From assembly GCA_949283935.1 (NCBI GenBank), contig CASDUJ010000034.1:57885-121884 (forward strand): 64,000 nt of DNA. The letters are read 5' to 3'. This DNA is from an uncultured bacterium. GTDB lineage: Bacteria > Cyanobacteriota > Vampirovibrionia > Gastranaerophilales > JAILCC01. Positions 20,196 to 29,115 of the stretch are shown piece by piece. The notes below the pieces were generated by a model, which ran no database searches, was not told the DNA's origin, and worked only from the letters and a program-made list of their open reading frames with translations. The first letter of the stretch is position 1; each line of letters begins with the position of its first letter. A program made the translations under genes and the position numbers.

Positions 20196-21212
20196 CTAAA
20201 AATCTTCTTTTATATTAACATTTAAAATTTGTTTTGCTTTTTTTCTGGAATAATTTCTTTTCTTAGCAGAAATTTTTGGAACAGCCTTAGAATTTAATTT
20301 TTTAGTTTTTGTTTCAACTTTTGTACCTTGTTCTTTTATCTTTTTTTTGTAATTCTTTGCTTCTTGCAAAATACTAAGATAACTTTCATAGCGACTTGGA
20401 AAAATTTTTTCAATATTTGCGATTACATTACACCCAACTTCACATTCATGCAGACAATTTGTAAATTTACATTCTTTAGCAAACATCTTTATTTCAGGGA
20501 AAAATTCTTCAATTTTTTTAGGTTCAACATAATCAAATTTTAATAAACTAAAGCCCGGCGTATCAACTAAATTAAATGAAACACTATTAGAATCAAAAGA
20601 TAATATTTCGCAATGTCTCGTCGTATGAGTTCCTCTAGAATTTTTACTAATTTTACCCACCCTAAGAACAAAATTTGGATTTATAGCATTGCAAAGACTA
20701 GTTTTACCAACCCCAGAAGCACCACATAAAAGAGAAGTTTTTTCTTTTATAATATTTTTTAATTCTCCAATGCCTGTTTTTTTAATTGCAGATGTAAAAA
20801 CAATTTTATACCCCAAAGCTCCATAAAATTTTTCAAATTCTATTCTTTCTTGCAATGAAGTTAAATCTGATTTGTTAACACATATAATTACATCTATACC
20901 AAAAAATTGAGCTTGTGCTAAATATCTATCAATACTATTCAATGGAGTTCTAGGATGTTTTAAAGAAACAACAAGAACAATTTCATCAATATTAGCTACA
21001 CTTGGACGCAAAATACTATTTTTTCTGGGTAATAATTCAGTTATAGCAGCTTGATTAGAAATTTCCCTAAAATCTTCAATGATAACATTGTCCCCAACAA
21101 TAATTTGCACTCCTGATTTTTTTAGTATTTCGCGCAATTTACACTCAACTAATCCCCAATTAGTTTTAACGTAATAAAAATCAGAAAAAATTTTAACAAC
21201 TTTACCTTGCAC
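20196..21212 (-). CDS. rsgA: Ribosome small-subunit biogenesis GTPase RsgA
   Basis: GTG start with an AGGTGAT SD. Circularly permuted GTPase (NKSDL before GASGVGKTSL). Zinc knuckle CKFTNCLHECEVGC. Lys-rich C-terminal tail. Confidence 0.9.
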   Translation of the reverse strand: MQGKVVKIFSDFYYVKTNWGLVECKLREILKKSGVQIIVGDNVIIEDFREISNQAAITELLPRKNSILRPSVANIDEIVLVVSLKHPRTPLNSIDRYLAQAQFFGIDVIICVNKSDLTSLQERIEFEKFYGALGYKIVFTSAIKKTGIGELKNIIKEKTSLLCGASGVGKTSLCNAINPNFVLRVGKISKNSRGTHTTRHCEILSFDSNSVSFNLVDTPGFSLLKFDYVEPKKIEEFFPEIKMFAKECKFTNCLHECEVGCNVIANIEKIFPSRYESYLSILQEAKNYKKKIKEQGTKVETKTKKLNSKAVPKISAKKRNYSRKKAKQILNVNIKEDF

Positions 21213-21238
21213 AACATCACCTGTACATAATTAAAATT

Positions 21239-21247
21239 ATTATAGCA
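21239..21247 (-). promoter_or_regulatory. Candidate extended -10 (TGCTATAAT) for rsgA
   Basis: Minus strand CATGCTATAAT lies about 27 nt upstream of the GTG start. Confidence 0.4.
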
Positions 21248-21370
21248 TGGGATATTTTAAAGAAAAAAAATTAAGAATAAATTTTATTTTTCTAATATTT
21301 GGCATAGAGCATGCCTGTAATGTACAAATTTTATTTATTATTAAAACAAGCTCAAAAGCAATAAATAAGC

Positions 21371-21472
21371 AAAAAAAAAGCCACCGAAGCAGCTTATACA
21401 TCACATAATCTTGGGAGGAGATTTGGGGATTGTTTGATACACATGTACAATACCATTGTCATGGCTTTTTTG
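21371..21472 (-). ncRNA. Candidate ~100-nt small RNA with C-rich anti-SD-like motifs (no family assigned)
   Basis: It lies between the bidirectional terminator of the upstream gene (21479-21519) and its own terminator (AGCUGC-UUCG-GUGGCU plus U9, 21371-21394). It has a 5' hairpin GCCAU-GACA-AUGGU. The central, probably unpaired stretch is AAUCCCCAAAUCUCCUCCCAAG. The 5' A-run/GCCA can pair with the 3' UGGC/U-run. Confidence 0.35.
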
Positions 21473-21478
21473 TACACT

Positions 21479-21519
21479 AAAAAATGCAAATGTTACAAAA
21501 ATTTTACATTTGTTTTTTT
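21479..21519. terminator. Bidirectional terminator-like hairpin downstream of the FAD-protein gene
   Basis: CAAATGT...ACATTTG stem flanked by A6 and T7 runs, 50 nt below the stop at 21568. Confidence 0.5.
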
Positions 21520-21567
21520 AAATATACAGCTCAAATATATTCTACAGGGTTGAAAATATTTTGTCAA

Positions 21568-22944
21568 TTAATTTTTTTGTGCTATAGCTCTAGCTGCAAC
21601 AACTCCTGAAGCAGATGCTTGTAACAAACCTCTTGTTACTCCAGCACCATCACCTATTGCATATAAATTTTTTATTCCAATTGTTTCTAAATTATTATCC
21701 AAAGGAACTCTTGAACTATAAAATTTAACTTCTACTCCATATAATAACGTATAACGAGATGCTACACCTGGAGCAATTTTATCAAGTGCATAAAGCATTT
21801 CTGTTATACTTGTTAAATGTCTATGAGGTAACACCAAACTTAAATCACCTGGAGTAGCAGATTTTAAAGTAGGTTGAATAATACTTTTATTAATTTTCGA
21901 GACAGTTGATCGTCTACCTTCAAGTAAATCTCCGAAACGTTGAACTAACACTCCACCTGCAAGCATGTTAGCAAGTCTTGCAATATGTTGTCCATATTGA
22001 ATAGGTTCTTTAAAAGGTTCTGTAAATCTTTTGCTTACAAGGAGAGCAAAATTGGTATTTGGAGTCTTTTTGTTAGCATAACTATGTCCATTAACTGTAG
22101 AAATTCCATTATAATTTTCACAAACAACTTCACCATATGGATTCATACAAAAAGTTCTAACCATATCCTTAAATGTTGGAGCGTAATATACCAATTTTGA
22201 TTCGTATAACTTAGAAGTCAAATCTTCCATAACAGGTGCCGGTAATTCAACTCTTACTCCTACATCCACGGCATTACTAACCAATTCTATTTTTAATTTT
22301 TTAAATTCTTCTGCTAACCAATCAGCACCTTCTCGCCCAGGTGCCACAATAATATTTTCCGCTTCAAAAATATTACCTTTATCTGTTTCTACTCCTTTAA
22401 CAACTCCATCTTTCACAATCAAAGTAGCAGCTTTTTCATCATTTATTATGTCCACCTTTTGCATTAAAAAGTCTTGCATACTTTTTAAAACATTTAAACT
22501 TCTTTCCGTTCCTAAGTGTCTAACGGGAGAATAAATAAGTTTTAATTCAGCAAGGGTAGCTTTCCTAGCAATTTCTTCGACATCTTTGTTGTTAGTACCA
22601 TAAACGACATCTGTTGCACCATATTCCAAATAAATATCATCTGTGTATTTAATTAATTTTTCGACCTCTTCTCTTGGCATATAATCGTCTAAATGTCCTC
22701 CTACATCAGGAGTAAGGGTAAGTTTACCATCAGAAAAAGCTCCGGCTCCACCCCAGCCGCAAAGCAAGCCACATTTTTTACATCCCGGACAAGATTTTGC
22801 ACCATTTCTGATAAAACATTTTCTTTCTTCAATTTTAGGACCTTTTTCAATTATTAAAATTTTATAATCCGACTTTAATTTCACAAGTTCAAGAGCCGAA
22901 AAAATTCCAGCAGGTCCGGCACCAATTATTATTACGTTATACAA
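21568..22944 (-). CDS. FAD-dependent protein (COG2509-type uncharacterised dehydrogenase)
   Basis: N-terminal IIIGAGPAGIFSA, a Cys motif CPGCKKCGLLCGWGGAGAFSDGKL, and C-terminal YAIGDGAGVTRG. Confidence 0.8.
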   Translation of the reverse strand: MYNVIIIGAGPAGIFSALELVKLKSDYKILIIEKGPKIEERKCFIRNGAKSCPGCKKCGLLCGWGGAGAFSDGKLTLTPDVGGHLDDYMPREEVEKLIKYTDDIYLEYGATDVVYGTNNKDVEEIARKATLAELKLIYSPVRHLGTERSLNVLKSMQDFLMQKVDIINDEKAATLIVKDGVVKGVETDKGNIFEAENIIVAPGREGADWLAEEFKKLKIELVSNAVDVGVRVELPAPVMEDLTSKLYESKLVYYAPTFKDMVRTFCMNPYGEVVCENYNGISTVNGHSYANKKTPNTNFALLVSKRFTEPFKEPIQYGQHIARLANMLAGGVLVQRFGDLLEGRRSTVSKINKSIIQPTLKSATPGDLSLVLPHRHLTSITEMLYALDKIAPGVASRYTLLYGVEVKFYSSRVPLDNNLETIGIKNLYAIGDGAGVTRGLLQASASGVVAARAIAQKN

Positions 22945-23043
22945 GGCATATCCCCTTAATGTTATTCACAAAACAATCATAACGGAAACATACTTTAGTT
23001 TGTTATTATTTGTCTAAAAAATTAATAAATATTTACTTACAAA

Positions 23044-23712
23044 TTAATCGGTAACTATTGCCAAAATTTTTCTTAATATTCTTGCAAAAATTATGGCAAA
23101 AATACCAAAAACAAAATCATACAAAAATTGCATTCCCGTCAATAACCATAACCAACTAAGTATTAAAAATAATTGTTCTCCTTGAAAAAACATTAAAATA
23201 GTAAGATAAATCATACCAATTAAATGCACGCAAATAACACCTGAAAGCGAAGCTTTTAGTAAACGATATTTAATATTTTTATTTTTCAAAATATTTGAAA
23301 CAAAAAATACCGCAGGAAAAAATCCCAAGAGATATCCCATTCCTGGCTTTAGAAAATATAAAATTCCGCCTCCTGAAGAAAACACCGGAACACCTAGAAT
23401 ACCTGCCATAATATACAAAAACACCGCAAGCATTCCTCCAATTGGACCTAACAAAGCAGCAATAAAAAATACAGCCGGAGCTTGAGGAATATAACTAAAA
23501 TAACTTACAAAAGTTGTATTTTCACCTCGATAAGCATCATATGGGCTAAATAAATTGAAAACCAATAAATTAAATCTTGTAAAAGTAGCAACAATCAAAA
23601 GAATGATACACAAACAAATAATTGCAATTGTTCCGATATTAAATTCGGGATAACCATCTTTTAATTTAAATCTTTTATCTTCTAATATAGATTTCCAGAA
23701 TTTATTTTTCAA
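23044..23712 (-). CDS. bioY: Biotin transporter S-component BioY
   Basis: Multi-TM protein with LLGPIGG...GILGVPVFSSGGG...KPGMGYLLGFFPA, the characteristic BioY blocks. Its start overlaps the rimI stop region. Confidence 0.8.
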   Translation of the reverse strand: MKNKFWKSILEDKRFKLKDGYPEFNIGTIAIICLCIILLIVATFTRFNLLVFNLFSPYDAYRGENTTFVSYFSYIPQAPAVFFIAALLGPIGGMLAVFLYIMAGILGVPVFSSGGGILYFLKPGMGYLLGFFPAVFFVSNILKNKNIKYRLLKASLSGVICVHLIGMIYLTILMFFQGEQLFLILSWLWLLTGMQFLYDFVFGIFAIIFARILRKILAIVTD

Positions 23713-23714
23713 TT

Positions 23715-24218
23715 TTACCTCTCTAATTGTAATTTTAGGTCATTTATTAATGTTTTAAATCTATCAGAATATATGCTTTGAGTCCACATTATTAATGCGT
23801 CTTCATTATTGTCTTGATAATATTTTTCTCTTACTCCTATTGATTCAAAACCATATTTTTTATACAAATTAATCGCAGGTAAATTTGATGCCCTTACTTC
23901 TAAAGTAAACCATTTTATACCAAATTCTTTTGCTTTTTCAAAAATATGCAACATCAATTGTTCAGCAATTTTCTGTTTTCTAAATTCATTTTTTACAGCA
24001 AAAGTAGTTATATGAGCTTCTTCGAAAATATTCCAAAATCCACAATATGCGACTAATTGTTCATTATGTTTTGCCACATAATAATGTGCCAAATTATTTT
24101 TTAATTCAGCTTCAAAAGAATTTTCAGACCAATGATATTTGCCAAACGAAACTGCTTCTATTTCCATAATAGAAGGAATGTGAAACTTTTGCATTTTTTC
24201 AATTTGGATATTTAACAT
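23715..24218 (-). CDS. rimI: Ribosomal-protein-alanine N-acetyltransferase (GNAT)
   Basis: Start moved to MLNIQIEK (ATG 24218) because the longer ORF crosses a terminator at 24250-24275. The ATG sits 6 nt after TATAAT, so the mRNA may be leaderless. GNAT core FAVKNEFRKQKIAEQLM...LEVRASNLPAINLYKKYGF. Confidence 0.8.
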   Translation of the reverse strand: MLNIQIEKMQKFHIPSIMEIEAVSFGKYHWSENSFEAELKNNLAHYYVAKHNEQLVAYCGFWNIFEEAHITTFAVKNEFRKQKIAEQLMLHIFEKAKEFGIKWFTLEVRASNLPAINLYKKYGFESIGVREKYYQDNNEDALIMWTQSIYSDRFKTLINDLKLQLER

Positions 24219-24249
24219 GATATTATTATATGACATAAAAAATAGTAAA

Positions 24250-24275
24250 TAAAAAAAAGAGGCATATTGCCTCTT
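24250..24275 (-). terminator. Rho-independent terminator upstream of rimI
   Basis: Minus strand AAGAGGCA-ATA-TGCCTCTT followed by TTTTTTTT. Confidence 0.65.
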
Positions 24276-24417
24276 TACAACTTCCAAAAATCTTCCCAAT
24301 TTTGTCTTATAAAATTTTTTATTATTAGTTCCTTATATTTTAATAAACAAAAATAAAATTTTATGATTGCCTGCTCATAACGACTAAACAGGCAAATTTG
24401 GGAGGTAATCTTAGTAA

Positions 24418-24456
24418 AATATATAGAAAATATATACTATATATTTTCTATATATT
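24418..24456. repeat. Perfect 19-bp inverted repeat, AT-only apart from one G:C pair and the central C
   Basis: AATATATAGAAAATATATA c TATATATTTTCTATATATT, with arms separated by 1 nt. It lies in the murG-rimI spacer. Confidence 0.9.
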
Positions 24457-24521
24457 GCATATTTCTATAAAAAATTATTGGTTTTTATGTTACAATTTTT
24501 TTACAAATTAAAACAAACTTA

Positions 24522-25643
24522 TTAAATAGTTTCTAGTAGCAGTTGGACAATTTTTTTAGTAGCATCAGGCTTCGCCAAAAGCAAATTTGCATCTTTCATA
24601 GTTTTAAGACGGTTTTTATCATTTGCTAGAGAGGTAACAATCTCGATAATATTATCTGCATCACACAAATTATCCTCAAGACAAATTGCAGCGCCAAATT
24701 CTTCCATAGCTTTTGCGTTATAGTATTGGTGATTATGTGCAGCATATGGATAAGGAATTAAAACCGAAGGTAATGCACAGAGATTAAATTCTGACAAAGA
24801 AAGAGACCCCGCTCTTGCAATAACCAAATCAGCCGCAGATAAATACAAAGCTATATTTTCCAAATATGCTGTTGGCAAATAATTTACATTGTTACGCAAT
24901 TCAGCTTTTATAGAATCCATATAATTTTCATAATTTTTTAGACCTGTTTGATGAATAATTTGCAAATCTAAATCATTGATAAGTTCAAGAGCACAATTTG
25001 CTATAGCGTTGTTTATAGATTTGGCCCCTTGAGATCCCCCCATTACTAAAACAGTAAACTTTTCAGTATTTAAATTTAATTCAGTTAAAGCTTCCATTTT
25101 GGTTTTAAGGTTAAAATCATTTCTGATAGGATTACCATACACTGTAATTTTGGAAGTGTTAATAGTTTTCTTAGCATCTTCAAAAGAAAGATTAACAGCA
25201 TTTGCATAAGGTGCCATTTTTTGGGTAACCACACCAACTACTGCATCACTATCATGAAGAATGAATGGAATGTTTAACATTTTGGCAGCAATCAAAGGAG
25301 GTCCGCTAACGTAACCTCCTGTACCAAAAACACAATTTGGTTTAATTTTTTTTAAATAATTAAACGATACCCAAACCGCAACAATTAATTGAAACAACCA
25401 TTTAACAAAGTCTAAATTTTTTGTTTTTGGCATCCCTGATATGTTTATTGGCAAAAATTTAAAGTTTTCTTTCTCTATTATAGATTTCTCAAGATTTTTA
25501 GGATTGCCAATATAATAAACTCTTGATACATTTTCAATATTTAAAAGTTCTCTACCAACAGCAACAGCAGGATAAATATGACCTCCTGTACCACCACCTG
25601 TCAAAACAATTTTAAGTTTCTTGAGGTCTTTTTTTGTTTTCAT
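24522..25643 (-). CDS. murG: UDP-GlcNAc:lipid I GlcNAc transferase MurG
   Basis: GGTGGHIYPA N-terminal motif, GGSQGA in the C-domain, and its position in the dcw block. Confidence 0.93.
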   Translation of the reverse strand: MKTKKDLKKLKIVLTGGGTGGHIYPAVAVGRELLNIENVSRVYYIGNPKNLEKSIIEKENFKFLPINISGMPKTKNLDFVKWLFQLIVAVWVSFNYLKKIKPNCVFGTGGYVSGPPLIAAKMLNIPFILHDSDAVVGVVTQKMAPYANAVNLSFEDAKKTINTSKITVYGNPIRNDFNLKTKMEALTELNLNTEKFTVLVMGGSQGAKSINNAIANCALELINDLDLQIIHQTGLKNYENYMDSIKAELRNNVNYLPTAYLENIALYLSAADLVIARAGSLSLSEFNLCALPSVLIPYPYAAHNHQYYNAKAMEEFGAAICLEDNLCDADNIIEIVTSLANDKNRLKTMKDANLLLAKPDATKKIVQLLLETI

Positions 25644-26817
25644 TATAAGGTTTCCTTTCTTTTTTAGCAGAATATCTTGAAATATTTAAAAGTACTCCAA
25701 TCATTGCAGTAGTAACAATAAAAGAAGACCCTCCATAACTAATCATAGGTAAAGTTACACCTGTAACTGGGAAAACACCGGAAGCTACACACATATTAAT
25801 AAAAGCTTGTACACCAATAATAAAAGTAATACCAAAAGCAAGCAAACGACCAAATTGATCTTCACATCTTGCAGCAACTTTAAAACCAATATTAATAAAC
25901 AACAAAAACAATATAACGAGCACGCTTATTCCTACAAAACCAAGCTCTTCAGCTATAACAGAAAAAATAAAATCAGTATGTCCAAAGGGCAAATAATACA
26001 ATTTTTGCTTAGAATTTCCTATACCAACACCCAAAAGTCCGCCACTAGAGATTGCATACCAACTTTGAATAATATTATAGCCTATACCTTGAGGATCAGA
26101 AAATGGGTCAAGCCAGCCCATAACACGCTTACGCTGATATTCCGTATTCATAATTAAATACAATACACAAGGAATTGCAATAACAGCGGTTGTAATAAAA
26201 ATTCTTAAATTCATTCCTGCTGCAGTAAGCATAGCAAGGCAAGTAATGCCAAGCAAAAGAAATATACTCATATTAGGTTGAACTAAAATTATGAGCATCA
26301 TTAAAGCTACAAGCGCAAAATGTTTTATAACAAGTGGATCAAGAACATTTTTGGCTTTGTAAAGGGCACTAGACATCAAAAGGACACAAGCAAACTTTCC
26401 AAATTCAGAGGGCTGAATAGGTAAAAATGTTAACCACCTAGAAGAACCATAGCTTGTTTTACCTAATCCAGGAACAAGCGTAGCAGCAATAAGGGCAATA
26501 GTAACAATTGAAACAGGCATTACCCATTTTTCCCAATTTTTAAAATGTATTCTGGAAGTTAAAAACATAAGAAAAAATCCTACCACAGCAAATTTTAAAT
26601 GGTTTAATGGATAGAAAAGAGGATTTTCATAATGATCAACTCCCTCCGGCGCACTGGCCGAAAATATAGCTACTATTCCGAAAATAACTAGCATTAAAAC
26701 TACTATAAGAAGATTTTTATTAACAGGCGGAAGCTTTTTTAGTTTTTTAATGCCAAATTTTGAAGTTTTTTTATTATGTTTAATAACATTTTCAGTTTGT
26801 CGTTTTTGATAGGACAT
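25612..26817 (-). CDS. ftsW: SEDS-family peptidoglycan polymerase FtsW
   Basis: Start moved to MSYQKRQTEN (ATG 26817). About 10 TM segments. Conserved C-terminal GVTLPMISYGGSS. Its position between murD and murG supports the call. Confidence 0.88.
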   Translation of the reverse strand: MSYQKRQTENVIKHNKKTSKFGIKKLKKLPPVNKNLLIVVLMLVIFGIVAIFSASAPEGVDHYENPLFYPLNHLKFAVVGFFLMFLTSRIHFKNWEKWVMPVSIVTIALIAATLVPGLGKTSYGSSRWLTFLPIQPSEFGKFACVLLMSSALYKAKNVLDPLVIKHFALVALMMLIILVQPNMSIFLLLGITCLAMLTAAGMNLRIFITTAVIAIPCVLYLIMNTEYQRKRVMGWLDPFSDPQGIGYNIIQSWYAISSGGLLGVGIGNSKQKLYYLPFGHTDFIFSVIAEELGFVGISVLVILFLLFINIGFKVAARCEDQFGRLLAFGITFIIGVQAFINMCVASGVFPVTGVTLPMISYGGSSFIVTTAMIGVLLNISRYSAKKERKPYNENKKRPQET

Positions 26818-28147
26818 GATTTCTGAAGACCTCTCCTCTTTCTTCAAAATTTTTGAACATATCAAAACTAGCACAAGCCGGAGAAAAAAGCACATCTCCT
26901 TGTTTTAAACTACCAGCAATATCAATCGCATTTTCTAGGGTATTTGTTTTGATAATTTTATTGTAGCCTATTTCTTTTAAAGCATTTTCGAAACGTTCTG
27001 TAGCTTCACCTATCAAAATGACATGAGAAGCCTTTTGCTCTACTGTCTGAACAAATTCAGACAAATCAGTCATTTTGTCGCGTCCTCCTGCTATCAAAAC
27101 AACTTTGTCTTTAAAAGCATTTAAGGCACATATCGCAGAATCACAATTTGTTGCTTTCGAATCGTTATAATATTTAGTACCATCAATTTCTTTGATAAAT
27201 TCAATTCTGTGAGCAGGAGCTTTAAATTCTTCTATAGTTTTTTGAATAATGTTTTTGGAAATATTTAAAATCTCAGCGATAGCTACAGCACACATCATAT
27301 TTTGGTGATTATGTTTGCCAAATATTTGAGCTTTAGATAAATCACAAATTTTTTCGACATCCTTGTTCTTTTCAACATAAAGTTTATCAGATTTTTCAAA
27401 AATACAAAAATCATTAAATTCATCGTCAAAAGCAACAATTTTAGAAGGAGTTTGATTTTTTAATTCTTTTACGTGTTTATCCTTAAAATTTAATACAGCA
27501 TAGTCTGGAGCAAGTTTTCCCAAAAAATGAGATTGTTTTACTTTTAAGTATTCTTGGGCATTACCATGCCAAGTAACATGATCTGGAGTATAATTTATAA
27601 AAGCTCCAATATAAGGTTTCAAATATTTACTATGAAAAATTTGGTATGAACTAATTTCCATAACAAAATAATCAACATCTTCTTGCAATAAATCAGTTGG
27701 GGGCACTCCAATATTTCCGCAAAAAGGAGCATTAAAGCCGGCATTACATAAAATTTCGCTTACAAGTTTAGTCGTGGTAGTTTTACCATTGGTACCTGTA
27801 ATTGTAATAAATTTAGATTTTTCTTTTTTGTTTAAATAAGCAAAATCAGGTTCGCTAATTACTTCTTTCCCAAAACATTTTGCTTTTTGGAAAATTTCAG
27901 CTTCAGGAGGAATACTGGGACTAGTAACTATGATATCAGCGCCCTTTACGGCAGAATCACTATGATGTCCCATTTCAACTTTTATGCCTAAATTGCCAAG
28001 TTCTTTTATAACAACAGAATCTTCGGGTTTATGAGTTCTTTTTTCAGTTATAATTACTGATGCCCCTTCTGTTGCGGCATATTTTGCAACAGAAATACCA
28101 CTTACAGACAAACCTAATACCAAAACATTTTTGTTTTTCAATTCCAT
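26792..28147 (-). CDS. murD: UDP-MurNAc-L-Ala:D-Glu ligase MurD
   Basis: Start moved to MELKNKNVLVLGLSVSG (ATG 28147, 2 nt after the mraY stop). Mur ligase P-loop GTNGKTTT. Confidence 0.93.
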   Translation of the reverse strand: MELKNKNVLVLGLSVSGISVAKYAATEGASVIITEKRTHKPEDSVVIKELGNLGIKVEMGHHSDSAVKGADIIVTSPSIPPEAEIFQKAKCFGKEVISEPDFAYLNKKEKSKFITITGTNGKTTTTKLVSEILCNAGFNAPFCGNIGVPPTDLLQEDVDYFVMEISSYQIFHSKYLKPYIGAFINYTPDHVTWHGNAQEYLKVKQSHFLGKLAPDYAVLNFKDKHVKELKNQTPSKIVAFDDEFNDFCIFEKSDKLYVEKNKDVEKICDLSKAQIFGKHNHQNMMCAVAIAEILNISKNIIQKTIEEFKAPAHRIEFIKEIDGTKYYNDSKATNCDSAICALNAFKDKVVLIAGGRDKMTDLSEFVQTVEQKASHVILIGEATERFENALKEIGYNKIIKTNTLENAIDIAGSLKQGDVLFSPACASFDMFKNFEERGEVFRNHVLSKTTN

Positions 28148-28149
28148 AA

Positions 28150-29115
28150 CTACACCACATACAACCTTATAGCCAAAGCTAGTAAACAAAATACCAAAGT
28201 AATGCTCCAAAATACATAAACTATTTTCCGTTCACTCCATCCTGAAAGTTCAAAGTGATGATGAATTGGAGACATTTTAAAAATTCTTTTACCAGTTGTT
28301 TTAAAACTTGTTACTTGAATGATAACAGAAAGAGTTTCTATAATAAAAATAATACCAACAAACAAAAGCCAAAACTCATTTTTACTCAAGATAGCAATAG
28401 TACCAAGAGCCCCCCCAAGAGCCAAAGAACCTGTATCTCCCATAAAAATTCTTGCCGGTTGTTTGTTAAAATATAAAAAACCCAAGCAAGCTCCTGCAAT
28501 AGCCGAGCTAACTATAGCAAGCCCTGTATATCCATTTATTTGGCAAAGAACAGCAAGCGTACTAAAGGCTAAAGCAGAACATCCAGAAGCAAGTCCATCT
28601 AATCCATCAGTTAAATTCACCGCATTAGAAGAACCTATAACTACCAAAATTGCAAAAAACGGATACAAAAATTTCAAATCAATTTCCCAAATATTAAAAA
28701 CATTTATGGCAGTTTTATCAACATAAACCATATACAAAGCGGGCAAAAGAGCAACTATAATTTGCAAAATAAGTTTTCCTCTTGCACTTAGTCCTTTGTT
28801 TTGTTTTTTGTGAATTTTTTTTATATCATCCTGATACCCAGTATAACAATACAAAATTATAGTAATCAAAGACAACACCAAAATTGTAGAAAAAGCTGTT
28901 GCCATAAAAAGAGAAAGTATAGCCGCAATAACTGCAGAACCAACAATAACAAGGCCTCCCATAGTAGGAGTACCGGCTTTTTTGGCATGCAAAACTGAAA
29001 CATCTTCTCTAATATATTGTTGGAGCATACGTTTTTTCAAAAAATCCAAATACGGAACTCCCAAAATAAGTGTTAACAATAAAGCTATTAAACCGGAAAC
29101 TAATATTAATATCAT
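28150..29115 (-). CDS. mraY: Phospho-MurNAc-pentapeptide translocase MraY
   Basis: 10-TM protein with KKAGTPTMGG, NAVNLTDGLDGLA, GDTGSLALGG and PIHHHFE motifs. ATGA overlap with murF. Confidence 0.93.
   Translation of the reverse strand: MILILVSGLIALLLTLILGVPYLDFLKKRMLQQYIREDVSVLHAKKAGTPTMGGLVIVGSAVIAAILSLFMATAFSTILVLSLITIILYCYTGYQDDIKKIHKKQNKGLSARGKLILQIIVALLPALYMVYVDKTAINVFNIWEIDLKFLYPFFAILVVIGSSNAVNLTDGLDGLASGCSALAFSTLAVLCQINGYTGLAIVSSAIAGACLGFLYFNKQPARIFMGDTGSLALGGALGTIAILSKNEFWLLFVGIIFIIETLSVIIQVTSFKTTGKRIFKMSPIHHHFELSGWSERKIVYVFWSITLVFCLLALAIRLYVV

Noticed and set aside
21443-21553. 36-aa plus-strand ORF downstream of the GGGAGGAG sequence in the rsgA spacer
   Set aside because: The SD-like sequence is ~22 nt from the ATG, which is too far. 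The ORF runs through a bidirectional terminator hairpin, and its translation is low-complexity. The region is better explained as a minus-strand sRNA candidate.
24219-24299. TTG-initiated N-terminal extension of rimI
   Set aside because: It spans a strong rho-independent terminator (24250-24275). GNAT homology starts at MLNIQIEK.
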